A stretch of DNA of 63,316 nt, the filler included, from Squatina squatina (lineage: Eukaryota), in the NCBI GenBank assembly GCA_031763465.1. It is 4 parts of 4 records of this genome, joined end to end, with 100 filler letters (N's around TTAATTAATTAA, not from the genome) between each part and the next. Parts side by side here need not be neighbours in the genome. Positions count along the whole stretch, not along the records: positions 35,210 to 49,799 come from JARFOE010000233.1; 3 more parts are not named here. The stretch is one strand, 5' to 3'. The notes beneath the pieces were generated by a model, which searched no databases, was not told where the DNA came from, and saw only the letters and a list, made by a program, of their open reading frames with translations. Positions 35,421 to 47,536 of this stretch are shown piece after piece (the first letter of the stretch is position 1; the number at the start of each line of letters is the position of its first letter). A program made the position numbers and the translations under genes.

Positions 35421-36529
35421 CTATAACTGAACAATTTCTCACAGATGTCACACCTGAAGGACTCCTCACCGGTGGAAACCTGATGGGAAAGGTAGTCAGT
35501 ATACGTAAGCAGCTTCTTACAACCTTCGCATCTCATTCGTTTCCTTTCCAGAATGTCACCTCCATCTCCTGAAAGGCCCTCAGTTATTATTACAGAGGCC
35601 TTCCCTGGCTTCATCCTTGATTTTTTTGGCCTGCTATGCTGTGTCACTGGTGAATGTTCAGCATTCAAAGATGGCAAAACATTGGTGCTATTTCTGGCAC
35701 TGTCATGAATTTCACAGCTCGAGTCTATCCCCTTCAGAGAGATATTTAGTGTTCCAGGCAAAGCTTTTCTCTGGGATCCACTTATTCTAACTTTAGTCCA
35801 TTGACACGGAACCGTTGAATTCTCTGATTTTGCAACAATCTCTTGCTTCTCCTTCCTCCCATTCACGTGAATTAGTCTGGTCTGAGGATGCGGCGATTTT
35901 CTACTAGAAGCAATTGCTCTAGCTAGCCTGGCAGTCTGCAATCGAGTTTTGATTTTGGCCAGGCATGCACGGTGCACCTTTCTGCTCACAACTGATCCAT
36001 TGCTCCCATCAGCTTTATGCTGCGGACTCACCGTCTGTACAGGATTCTCCTCCTTCATTCTCTTAAGCAACTCCAGGTCTTCTAAATCTAACTCCACCTC
36101 CTGGTTTCTTACAAGAACATTCTGTACTTTACAGACCTCTTCGCCTGATTCTAGGCCATTCCCGTTTAATCCACTATTCTCTATGTGAAGCTTTGCTGGG
36201 ACACAAACATTCAGACTCTGAGCAGCTGAAAGGAAATCAGTCATGTGACAACCTGGGACCTGAGAAGTATAAAAAAACTCTAACAGATGGCTAAAACCCT
36301 CCAAGCTGACCGTATCCAGAACAACTGTGCACTCCTGGTTATTCTTGCTCAGGGTTGTAGAGAAGTAGCTGCTGCATGCAGACAGGATATTCTTGTGAGC
36401 ATGAAAAGTCTTTCCCTCTACCACAACTGCGATATCACAAAACAAGCCCATAGTTCGCTGTTCGTAAAGTTTCTGAAGAATTGCTTGACAGTGATTGTAA
36501 CATTCCTTAATACAGGAAGGATTATCCAT
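35421..36529 (-). CDS. BTB/POZ zinc-finger (ZBTB-family) gene, large coding exon; orthologue not recognised
   Basis: ATG at 36529. BTB signature LQKLYEQRTMGLFCDIAVVVEGKTFHAHKNILSACSSYF, then CEGC...H, a TGEESF linker and CDIC, ending at the donor AG|GTGAGT. Confidence 0.88.
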
Positions 36530-37659
36530 TTTCCCCAAAAGATTCAATGGACTTGCCCTTGTATCCAAGACATAAAAGGATACAACACCAAAGTTGGACT
36601 GAAGGTTATCTCAAATCAAGCACCATGAACATTTAACACTTGAAAGGTTTGAGGTTCATTGTAATCCATTGTCCAATGTGCATCCAGTTCCTCAGAGGAT
36701 GCTTGTCTTCAACCTGCCTTCTGAAAACAAACCATTTAAAACAGTCACTAAAATAATAAGCGGGAGTCATTACTTTAAATTCACCTGGGAAGACACCTGA
36801 ACTCCTTATGCTTGCTTCTACCTGCACCTTCACAGGAGTTCCTCATATAACTATAGTAGTTCTGGCACAAAGTGGTTCAGGCAGAGAAGTAAGTTCAATC
36901 ACCTGTTGGCAAGTATTTCTTGAACCTGAATCCCAAAGCATTAAGATAGGAGACTATACACACACTGGTTGAGAATGCATATTCCCTTAAACAACAGTGC
37001 ATCTTCTGAAGTCTGGAAACTGCACTCCCAATTGGGCAGGAACACCAAAAGAAATTTATAAAACCAGATTTGGGTGTCTCCTACATTGTGGGTGCCCTTC
37101 CATTAGTTCCCAGAATCTCCATTATTAAGTGACTAGGACCGGTGGGCGCCGGGGGGACTGGAGTGAATCCTCACCGGGGACGACGGGATTTTAATTTGAG
37201 CACTGGGTTTTATTGTTTAAATTGATGTCGTTTTTAGTTAATTNNNNNNNNNNNNNNNNNNNNNNNNNNNNNNNNNNNNNNNNNNNNNNNNNNNNNNNNN
37301 NNNNNNNNNNNNNNNNNNNNNNNNNNNNNNNNNNNNNNNNNNNTTTAAATGGCCTGGGACAGGAAAGCTGATTTTCCCCATCTCTTACAAATGCAGCACA
37401 CCTCACATACTGTGCCTGCCAGCCTAAAGCGAAAAATGTATCGTAATAGTTCCTTGTTAATACAACAGCCATTGATTGGGCCAAATAAAGACAGGAAGGA
37501 ATGTTCAAGGTTACCACTAATATAAACAGTAAGACCAAACTTCTACCCTTCAACAGGAATTTTAATGATAAGATGTTAGAAAAAGTGGTGCAAGCATATG
37601 TATTTATGAATATTTTCCCTTGTTCTGTGCGTGCTATAATATGTCATGCATTTGAAAGA

Positions 37660-37792
37660 GGAAAGATTGCAGGGCAATGGGGAAAGAGCAGGGCTGTGGA
37701 ATTAATTGGATAGCTCTTTCAAAGAGCCGGAATCCAGCACAATGGGCCAAATGGACCTCGTTCATTGTTGTATCATTCTATGATTCTATGAC
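37660..37792 (+). mobile_element. CR1-type 3' tail
   Basis: gggccaaatggacctc followed by the (attctatg)2 terminal repeat; similar fragment at ~46120-46225. Confidence 0.7.
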
Positions 37793-38489
37793 TGAAAGTT
37801 TGAGGAATGTTATCAACAATCAAATAAGAATGTATTTTCATTAATGCCCTGGAGAAATGTGTTCAGAATTGAATAATTTTAAACGATATTCTGATTAAGC
37901 TTCATTTGTTAACTCCCTTAACAATCTCCAAGTTGTATGGTAATGAATAAAAGTGTCTCCTTAGATAATTTTAGCAAAATCACCTGATATTTTCACCAAC
38001 TTAATAGATTCTCTCCTTTCATGCATTTCATGCTGAATATCATAACTCAAGAGGCAATGTAAAAAAAAAAGTTTCAAATTGCTTAATCATAAAAACTTTA
38101 ATATTTTAGCTTAAGTACCAAACAGATTAGGTTACTGTGATCTCAAAAATCTAATGGGAATAAAGCCTAGAACCTTCTATGTTGTTGTGCTGCTCACTCA
38201 GAATTCTTTAAAACATAAAGTAACATGGAATGATAAAAGGTCTTTTAGCTCATTAAGCATGGTACTTTGCCAAATGATACACAGCCAGGCCTATCATTTT
38301 CTCCACCCAACACAGTTCTCAGAAGTCCCAAAGATAATAGAGAAAATCTCCAGAATATTTATCTAACTTTGCAACCTCCATTATTCAGCTGTTTGGTTAT
38401 TTTCCATAGTCCTTTTATACCTCAGCATTACAGAAATAATTGGGTTCCACAGAGTAGTTGATCATCTCTGTACACTTATCTTTATAGTG

Positions 38490-38610
38490 TTATCCTGCTT
38501 CTAACTTCCTTTTTTTCTGTTTTTTTTTCATTTTCCCCCTCTCATGAAGCAGTGGGATTGTTTCCAGGTGTTCTCTGGTATGTTGTCTAAATCTTCCTCG
38601 ATGTGTGAAC
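38490..38610 (-). CDS. Candidate terminal exon of a C2H2 zinc-finger gene (FTHRGRFRQHTREH...KKKQKKRKLEAG*)
   Basis: TTTAG acceptor followed by an exact F-x5-F-x2-H-x3-H half-finger, a basic tail and a stop. Confidence 0.55.
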
Positions 38611-40012
38611 CTAAATGGTGAATTTCTGCAATATATTTGACTGGGAGACATTACAACTATATGCTCATCCAAAGTTCACACATGCTCATTTCCAACTGTG
38701 GTCAGCAACATCAACACTGGCTGATTTTCCTTTACTTTGTTATGAATTTTGTGTTCATCAGCGTGAGGGATGTTAGTAATGCAGCATGGATTACTAGGTG
38801 CCCTTTTTGGGCACCTAGTGTCACCATCTATCACTTCCTGCGTGCATTACGCTGATGCTGTATATATATTTGAAAGGCTTGTGTTTTCGGGATACGCATT
38901 TGTATAAGAGAGGTTTTGCTTATGGGAGTAATTCTCTTGGCATGAACAGCAAATGTACAAAGCATTAAAGTTAGAGACTGTTAGAGGCAGATCTATAATA
39001 CCAATTAGAAATTCAGGGGCACAATTCAGCCTGGGCGCTTCCGGGGTGGTAGTGCGCTGGANNNNNNNNNNNNNNNNNNNNNNNNNNNNNNNNNNNNNNN
39101 NNNNNNNNNNNNNNNNNNNNNNNNNNNNNNNNNNNNNNNNNNNNNNNNNNNNNNNNNNNNNAATTAGCTCTGCACGAGCTGTGGTGTGATTTATCACTTC
39201 ACTATACTTTGCAGCTGAATATTAGACACCCTAGACATTCTCCCAGAATATACATATGTATCATATCACATGACTACCTTCCATTCACATTCTCATCTGT
39301 GGAACTCTGAAATTGTGTACCAACCAAGACAGAAGGAGATAAGTGTTAGTTTGCTCCAAGACTTTGCTGAAGTTCATGCAGGTCTTCACGCTCCAGGGAA
39401 ACACTGCAGACTGAAATCACTTCAAACATATTTCAAACAATAGAAACAAAGTGCAGATGAATTTTGAAAAGATGAGAAATTTGTGACTGATGTCTATAAC
39501 TGCACTTTAAATGGAGATAAGATCGAAGCTAATGGAGGATAAAATAATCTCTCTGGGCAAGATGGCCATGTGAAGATGAGAACAAATTAAAACAATATTA
39601 AAATTACTGAAGCATAAGGACCAAGTGTATTTTGTTGAACAATCCTTCAGTGTGGTACTTATGAAGGGTCATATTGATAGATTTGATAAATCGTCTAGTA
39701 GACAGCAATTGTAGCTTTGACATTAAAGTCAGATTATCTCAGCTATTATCTCCTGTGACTTGTGTACTTCATTTCTGAGATGAAAAACAATTGAGTAGAA
39801 TTCAAGTGATGGCCATTTTTAGCTGGTGACAAGCTGTGCATCTTTTATTTTAACCTACAATAAATAAGTATATTTTATGATCTGCAAACATTTTTAAGTG
39901 CATTCAATGACTCCTGCTTCAACAGAGCTACTGCTCAGAGTTATTTTTGGAGATGTCTTCAAAAGAAGAATTTTTTGGATACATAACTATAATACAAGCG
40001 TCTGATTGTTTA

Positions 40013-41850
40013 ATTGGGGTTAAATTGGGTCATGTGGTGCCTGTTTTTCGGGTGCTACGTGGCCACATAAAGACCGAGAAAGGCATCCAAAATGCGCACA
40101 CACTTCTGATGGGAAGTGCACAGGACACCATCTTGGTAAAGGGGCTTGCGCACATCTGCCTAACAACTGCCGGCAATGTGCAAAGCAGCGAGATGGTGAC
40201 ACAAATCAGTGTGCAATGCTGATTTGATGCCAGCACTGTCATTTTAGAACCTCACACAGCTGAACACAACGTTAAATGGAATGAAAGACACCCCACTGGT
40301 GCTATTTAAAGGGATCATGAGCTACTTACAGGTTAGTTGTCGGATTATTTCTGCTGGCTGCTGGTGCAATTATATGTGTTTTTGGAGGTTTTCTATACTT
40401 GGCTAAAGTCGCAATAGTCTACAGGGAATGGTCTGGCTGGTGCTGAAGTAGATTTTTGGTCATTTAAAAGCTTGTACTGAAACAAGTTGCTTCCAGGCAT
40501 GGTGCCCTGATAGGGCTTCCTCGTGGTATTGACCACAACTGGAAGAATGAAGATAGGCCATGCAGGGCAGAATAAGCTGCTAGAAGAGGGAGGGTGAGAG
40601 GGAGAAGGGCTCTCAACAGGAGGCCAAATCTGCCAAGGATTTTAGGAAGCAATTATCTTACCTCAACTTCAGCGAAGACCAAAGCTTGAGGCGCCTTCAC
40701 TTTACAAAAGAGGTTGTGACTGAAAACTGCCAACTGCAGCAGCCTCAAAGCAGAGCAAGGACCACATTGCATGTGGCTGCTAATGTGACCATGGCTCTTA
40801 ACATTAATGTGACTGCCTCCTTCAAGGCTGCTATTGGAGATATAAGTAACATCTCTCAGTTGTGCTGCTGTATGGGAGGTGACTGAAACTTTTTATACAC
40901 AGAGAAACACTTTCCTCTCATTTCCTCTTGCCTGGAGTGAGCACAAGGTTTATCACAGATTGGGGGCTTCCCCAAGGCACAGAGTGNNNNNNNNNNTGAC
41001 CACACGGAGCACATCATGCAGGTGAAAATCCATTATCCTGGCAGCAGTCATGATTCCTTTATTCTGCGACAGTCCTCTGTTTACCTGTATTTCAACCACC
41101 ATGACAAGTCAAAGGCTGGCTATTGTGCAACAAGGAGCAGGAGAAGGCCCTTCAGCCCTTCGAGCCTGCTCTGCCATTCAACAAGATCATGGCTGATCTT
41201 CTACCTCAACGCTATTTTCCAGCACTATCCCTATATCCCTTGATGTCNNNNNNNNNNNNNNNNNNNNNNNNNNNNNNNNNNNNNNNNNNNNNNNNNNNNN
41301 NNNNNNNNNNNNNNNNNNNNNNNNNNNNNNNNNNNNNNNNNNNNNNNCAACTACAACCTCAAAGTAGGGCAAGGAACGCATTGCCTGTGGCAGTCAAGGT
41401 GACCCTGGTTCTTAATGTTTATGCATCTGGCTCCTTCTAGGCTGCTGTTGGATATAAGCAACATCTCATGGTTTGCAGTACGATGCTGTATAAGGGAAGT
41501 CACTGAGGTTCTCTTTGCACAGAGAGACAGCTTCATCTCATTCCCTCTTGCCAGAGACAAGCAGGCAGAGCGAGCATGAAGGTTTGCATGGGGATTGCAG
41601 GCATCCCCGCAGTGCAGAGTGCCATTAACTGCACAAACTTTGCCTTGCGTGCGCCTCACGTGTACTTGGCCATTTTCATGAGCCGAAAGGAATTCGACTC
41701 CCTCAATGTGCAGCTGGTGTGTGACCACAGACAGCTCATCATGCATGTGAACGCCTGCACAGCTGGCAGTTGCCACGATTCCATCATTCTGCAGTAGTCC
41801 TCTGTGCCATCTGTCTTTGAACCACCATGGCAAGTCAAAGGCTGATTGAG
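40013..41850 (+). mobile_element. Harbinger transposase remnants (two partial copies separated by gaps)
   Basis: LHFTKEVVTENCQL..QSRART, YPGSSHDSFILRQS, VQSAINCT...SLNVQLVCDH...GSCHDS. Confidence 0.88.
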
Positions 41851-42223
41851 NNNNNNNNNNNNNNNNNNNNNNNNNNNNNNNNNNNNNNNNNNNNNNNNNN
41901 NNNNNNNNNNNNNNNNNNNNNNNNNNNNNNNNNNNNNNNNNNNNNNNNNNAATAAAGCTATAAAACGGCCAACAGTATTTTGAGTTTTATAAATAATGGG
42001 GAAATCACAGGCTGGTGAGAACACTGGTGGTAAACCCTGGTCTGCTTCTGAGTAGACAATTATATGGCTCAAAACAAGTCTGGCACTGTCTCCGCAGCAG
42101 CCCAATTTTAACTCTGCAGATCGTGAAATGAGAAAGTGACCAATTTTCTAATTCCGGTCATGCTTGCAGTATTTAGGGAAATACCTCCAATCTGCTGAAT
42201 GTTCAGGGTCTTGTCTTCCACAG

Positions 42224-42354
42224 AGGAGCTGTGGTGAACCAGGATGACCTTTATCAGGCTCTGACTACTGGTCAGATTGCTGCAGCGGGATTGGATGTCA
42301 CGGTCCCTGAGCCGTTACCCACCGACCACCCTCTCTTTGCACTGAAAAACTGCG
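42224..42354 (+). CDS. GRHPR: Glyoxylate/hydroxypyruvate reductase penultimate exon ([43 protein letters not shown])
   Basis: D-2-hydroxyacid dehydrogenase motif AAGLDV..PEP; CCACAG acceptor, G|GTAAGT donor; adjacent to ZBTB5. Confidence 0.95.
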
Positions 42355-42559
42355 GTAAGTTACAAAATTGGAAAAATTTGTTCGTTTTTTAATGTCTTGT
42401 GTAATTTTGCTTTTGCTGTGTTGTGACATAAAATATATACAATATTAAAACTAATTACAGTCCAATTTCTTCAGCTCTCTGCTGCCCAATTTATAAATTG
42501 CTTGGAGTGAGTCATGGCCCATACCTGCGAAATGGTTTACTTTTCACTTGTATTTCCAG

Positions 42560-42681
42560 TTATTCTGCCACATGTCGCAAGTGCCACCATCGCCACTCGC
42601 ACCGCCATGGCACTGCTGACTGTCAATAACCTCCTGGCAGGCCTCAAAGATGAACCGATGCCAAAGGAGCTGACCCTGTGA
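42560..42681 (+). CDS. GRHPR: GRHPR last coding exon ([39 protein letters not shown])
   Basis: Catalytic His in LPH; TTCCAG acceptor in phase 1; TGA at 42679-42681. Confidence 0.95.
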
Positions 42682-42824
42682 GGTGGGAGGTTGTGTCGTT
42701 GCTGCAAGGGGTACTTCTGTCGCAGAGCCTGTGACTTGAATCTTGGTGTGGCTCTGATTTAGTTATATGATTATAATAGTGTGATGTCTTGTTCAGCTGT
42801 TTTGTAGAAACGAACCTTGCTTCT

Positions 42825-42889
42825 AATAAAATTGGAAGTGCTCACAAGCCCTAAAGTGAGTTATTTATCTCAGCAGAATCATCAATAAA
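42825..42889 (+). promoter_or_regulatory. Candidate GRHPR polyadenylation signals (AATAAA at 42825 and 42884)
   Basis: Two canonical hexamers 140-210 bp after the stop. Confidence 0.55.
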
Positions 42890-43306
42890 ATTCACAATTT
42901 AAGTGTAATCTGGTTGCTTTTCCAAATATTTTAAGGGGGAAATTGAATAGAAATCCATGGAAAAATAAAGAATGCATCAGCCTCTCTGTAACTACAGATG
43001 GAGATGATTAATGCAGATGCATTTTCCATGATTTGATCGCTAAGCTGAAGGTTGCTGCTCGAATCTCTCCTGGCCAACAGCATGTCCACAGATTTCTCGT
43101 GGATGTGACTAGTTGCTCGTCCACAATTAACCAGCCCAGCCAGTGAGAGTCACAATATGCGCCTTTACTTCTCCAATCAGTTCACTGTACACGTTCTCTT
43201 TCACTGNNNNNNNNNNNNNNNNNNNNNNNNNNNNNNNNNNNNNNNNNNNNNNNNNNNNNNNNNNNNNNNNNNNNNNNNNNNNNNNNNNNNNNNNNNNNNN
43301 NNNNNN

Positions 43307-44071
43307 TTCCACATGGTTTTCAACAGTTGAATCGGTTTTAGAGCCATCTCCCAGCTTCATGGAGTCTGGTGTAAACAGTTCCTCACACGTATGCACCACA
43401 GCTTGTCCATTATCCGATGTTACTTCGGTGATGATAGACTCATCCACGGAAGATCTCATCCTTTGCTTTGATCTTTCATCAGGAATGGCCTTCCTTTTCT
43501 GTAGCCGCCTGACAGGAAATGCGGTCGACTGATCCTCCAAGTGATGGCGGAGTGACGAGTTCACGTTGACTTGCTCATCCATTGTCTGACTGGAGCTGAG
43601 GGCAGAACTTACTAAACTCAAACCCAGCTGCTGAAGCAGGAAGGACCTCTGCATACGAGCATTTTGCTCCTGAAGCCTTTCACTTGTTGGGGACATAGGT
43701 ACAGTCCTGGTTGTTAAGTAATGTTTGCAAGCCTTCACTACAGAATTCAGGTGGAGGTGGGAAGCTGCGAGCAACACGTCCATAACGTTACTCTCTCCTA
43801 ACATGAGAGTGGACGTGTACATCATTTCAACAAGAGCTGCAAAAGCCTCTGCTGTGACCACTTCACTGTCGAGCTGAACCATGTTCAGTGACTGATCACT
43901 CTCTGGGACCGTAAAGAGAGCACGAAAGTGGGTGCTGCATGCCGCAAGCACAGACCGATGGGCTTTGAAATGTCGGTTCCCAACAACAATCACACAGTCA
44001 CAGAGCTGCCCATGAAGCCGTTGATAGTTCAGCTGCTGGAAGACTTGCTCAAAGTGCCCCGGAAAATCCAT
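43307..44071 (-). CDS. ZBTB5: ZBTB5 coding exon, 5' part (rest lost in gap)
   Basis: MDFPGHFEQVFQQLNYQRLHGQLCDCVIVVGNRHFKAHRSVLAACSTHF matches ZBTB5; acceptor TTAACAG 4 nt before the ATG; lies between GRHPR and POLR1E. Confidence 0.96.
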
Positions 44072-45149
44072 GACCCTGTTAAAACAGAAAAAGAGCCAGT
44101 GATAGTTCTTCCAACTGCAGAAACCCTAGTTTCCCAGTTGATAATTTTCCTGTCGCTGTGAACAAGTTACGTCTCGTTACAATCATTTATCTAGTTGCAA
44201 TTAATGAACAACAATGAGGAACAAATAGAATGGTATCATCCTAAAGTGTTCCTTACAAATAAATTAATTATTTCAAGACCTTTTACTCATTTTTCACTTA
44301 TACTCCAAGTTTTAAAATGAACGGTTCCACTTACTTACAGTCTCTATTGCAAGCAATAGCTGTTGTCAGCAGCTTTCTGTCGTCAGATCATGCTATCACA
44401 TTGATACCTATTAGCTGAGATGGCATGGAAATGAAGGAACTCAGATTCTCCCTTTCGCAGGAATCCAGGATAACCATCAACAGAGAAAAGTACTTACCAT
44501 CTCAGCACTAGTAAGAATCTGTTCTTCTGAAATCTAATTTTGAAAAGCTGTATCTTGACATGGGTACTTTCGAGTGTGCACTGAGTCAGTTATACTGCAC
44601 AAAGCACTACAGTAACTGGAATACTTCTGAGTGTATTTTAAATAGATATTCTCCCCAATCCAGTCAGGGAAACCTGAGCACCGTTGGAGGTACAGTTGGA
44701 CAAATGCAGTTCCACTCATCTACACGTTCCTTGCTGCCAGTATTAAAAAAAGATTAATTTTTATTTGGTATGAATTTGAATTTAAAAGCAATACTGCAGA
44801 TCACGTGAGGATTTTTAAAACTTTGTACTTTAAACGGATATACTTTGTGTTTTAAACAGCACCGGCTGCAGTAAACAAGGCCACCTCTTCCAAGTGATCA
44901 CACTAGTGACTGTTAAAAGTCTCCAAAAATCAGCAGAATTACACAGCACATCTGGCCTCTTTATAGATTAAAACATCAGTCGACACAGACACCAAACATG
45001 TGCAACTGGACGGTTAGCCAGGAGCAGCAAGCACTGAAGTTTATGATGAAAGAAGAAGATTGCAGTTGTCTCTGAAAAGCAGTAGTTGGCTACTCTCTTT
45101 AGGTTAAATTTAAAGAATATGGCTAATATTTAAAAGAATACATAATTTA

Positions 45150-45358
45150 CAACAAACATACATTCCTTTAAGGCACAAAAATCCAACTGGAAAAGTGGTC
45201 CAACCGTGGCTAATGAGAATTTAAAGGGTATATTACATCAAAGGAAGAGGCTTATAAAGTTGCCAAAAAAAGCAGTAAGCTTGAGGATTGGGAGGATTTT
45301 AGAATTCAGCAAAGGAGGACCAAGAAATTGATAAAGGGAAAATAGAATATGAGAGTAA
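45150..45358 (+). mobile_element. CR1 ORF2 internal fragment
   Basis: tacattccttt...ccgtggctaa...gaggattgggagg; same region as the minus-strand CR1 near 28300-28460. Confidence 0.7.
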
Positions 45359-45460
45359 NNNNNNNNNNNNNNNNNNNNNNNNNNNNNNNNNNNNNNNNNN
45401 NNNNNNNNNNNNNNNNNNNNNNNNNNNNNNNNNNNNNNNNNNNNNNNNNNNNNNNNNNAG

Positions 45461-45564
45461 TTCAGTTTTCCAATGGGAAGCTCACAAATTCAGAAAATGT
45501 GGAATTTCAGCTGCACAAAAATATACACACACACAACCCCCGGAAGAAGCATCAGCTGATCTTG
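45461..45564 (+). CDS. POLR1E: POLR1E (PAF53/RPA49) exon (VQFSNGKLTNSENVEFQLHKNIHTHNPRKKHQLIL)
   Basis: VQFSNGKL...NPRK motif; AG acceptor at the gap edge, GTAAGA donor. Confidence 0.9.
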
Positions 45565-45777
45565 GTAAGAGTTAAGTGATGTGTGTTCTTGTGCAATAAA
45601 ACACTTAACATTTTGTTGTTTCCAAGAACAGGCATTTCTACAATGTGCCATGGTTAAAACTGGCATGGCTGATTATTCTGACAGCGTAACGTCTTTAAGC
45701 TGTGTTAATAGCATTGATACATTTTTTGAAAATGTTCAACTTATTTGTTCAGATGATTCTTTTTCATTCCTCTGTAG

Positions 45778-45854
45778 TCTGCTAAGACGGATAGATTGAC
45801 ATATGTTGGAAATAATTTTGGACCGAGTGCTCTGAAGTGCAACTCACTGTGCAA
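45778..45854 (+). CDS. POLR1E: POLR1E exon (SAKTDRLTYVGNNFGPSALKCNSLCK)
   Basis: TDRL.YVGNNFG..ALKCN.LC motif; TGTAG acceptor, AA|GTAAGT donor; phases fit neighbours. Confidence 0.93.
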
Positions 45855-46724
45855 GTAAGTGTGTTTCTCTGACTCAGAGGCAGAATTCTGTTTCAAAAAT
45901 AGTGCTGGAAATTTACAACAGTGTCGTCAGCATCTGAAAAGTGGGGAGAGAGAGGTTATGGTGACTAACAGACACACTTGTGATTTGAGTGTCACTTTTT
46001 GCACCTCCCATGCATTCCATCCTGAAGTGGGTGCTACAGATTAGCTGGAATAAAGTGGTCTTCCTTTCAGTTTGACCTAACTATATTGTGAATTAAGCAG
46101 AATATCAACTCGTTAAATTTGCAGGGCTATGAGTAATAAGTGGGGGAGTGGTACTCATTGGATAGCTCTTTCAAAGAGTTGGTTTGGGCACAATTGGCCT
46201 TCTGTCCTGTAAGATACAATGATTTTTTCCCCCCAAATACAGCAACATATTGGNNNNNNNNNNNNNNNNNNNNNNNNNNNNNNNNNNNNNNNNNNNNNNN
46301 NNNNNNNNNNNNNNNNNNNNNNNNNNNNNNNNNNNNNNNNNNNNNNNNNNNNNNNNNNNNNNNNNNNNNNNNNNNNNNNNNNNNNNNNNNNNNNNNNNNN
46401 NNNNNNNNNNNNNNNNNNNNNNNNNNNNNNNNNNNNNNNNNNNNNNNNNNNNNNNNNNNNNNNNNNNNNNNNNNNNNNNNNNNNNNNNNNNNNNNNNNNN
46501 NNNNNNNNNNNNNNNNNNNNNNNNNNNNNNNNNNNNNNNNNNNNNNNNNNNNNNNNNNNNNNNNNNNNNNNNNNNNNNNNNNNNNNNNNNNNNNNNNNNN
46601 NNNNNNNNNNNNNNNNNNNNNNNNNNNNNNNNNNNNNNNNNNNNNNNNNNNNNNNNNNNNNNNNNNNNNNNNNNNNNNNNNNNNNNNNNNNNNNNNNNNN
46701 NNNNNNNNNNNNNNNNNNNNNNNN

Positions 46725-47026
46725 CTGAAGGAGTGCTACACTGCTGGAGGTGTCAGGTCCCGTCTGCCCTCTCCACCGGCACTACCTCGAAGCCGTACAG
46801 GGGAGTTCTCCCCAGTGTCCTGGGCCAATATTTATCCCTCAACCAACACCACTAAAACCGATTGTCTGGTCGTTTATCCCATTGCTAATTGTGAGATCCT
46901 GCTATGTGAATTTTGGCTGCCAAGGTTCCCTACATAGCAGCAGTAACTGCACATCAAAAAGCAATTCTTTTGCTGTGAAGTGCTTTGGGACTGCAATGGA
47001 ACTGAACATCGGGTGCTGTGTATAAC
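46725..47026 (+). mobile_element. Deu-domain SINE, degraded
   Basis: ggagttctccccagtgtcctgggccaatatttatccctcaaccaac...gctgtgaagtgctttggga. Confidence 0.75.
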
Positions 47027-47309
47027 AGGCGGCCTATCAGCCCGTTTTCTGCCACCGCCTGAAAAGAATTTCTAGACCTCTATATTTTGTTTCAGATTTC
47101 CAGTGTTTGCATTCCTTTGCTTTTGATTCAACCATTATTCATCTGTGATAAACCAGACATTGACTACCAATGGGCTATTCTACCAAGCATGGCATCGCGC
47201 CTGAGTCTGATTCTGTACTCACCTGAAGTGTACACACTCAGGGATATATTTTAATGGCCACCACCCCCTGCCCCCCCCCACCATCAGCGGAAATGTTGCC
47301 CTTTGGGCC

Positions 47310-47536
47310 TTGGGTGACCAGATCAGCATTCTTTGGCGGAACTGCGCATGCACAATCTTTGCCGACACTACACATGCGCAGTTCATTCTCTGGCGGAACT
47401 GTGTCATTCTCCGGCGCAACTGTGCACACAGTTAGTTCTTCGCTGTAACTGCGCATGCGCAGTCGAGTGGACACGAAAAACTGGGACATTTGAGCACTTT
47501 TGTGGTAATCAAAAACCGTGATGTCTGGTCACCCTA
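47310..47536. mobile_element. hAT (Blackjack-like) MITE in POLR1E intron
   Basis: TIRs ttgggtgaccaga / tctggtcacccta; imperfect 8-bp TSD tttgggcc (47302-47309) / ctcgggcc (47537-47544). Confidence 0.75.

Noticed and set aside
37344-42223. Absence of early GRHPR exons (and of KLF8 finger-1, middle POLR1E and later NEK6 exons) as gene loss
   Set aside because: Unsized gaps and scaffold ends explain the absences; the visible exons are intact with correct splice phases.
43127-43206. Apparent short C-terminus of ZBTB5 (VKENVYSEL...) implying a finger-less protein
   Set aside because: It lies across a 100-N gap of unknown size; the true zinc-finger region is simply missing.
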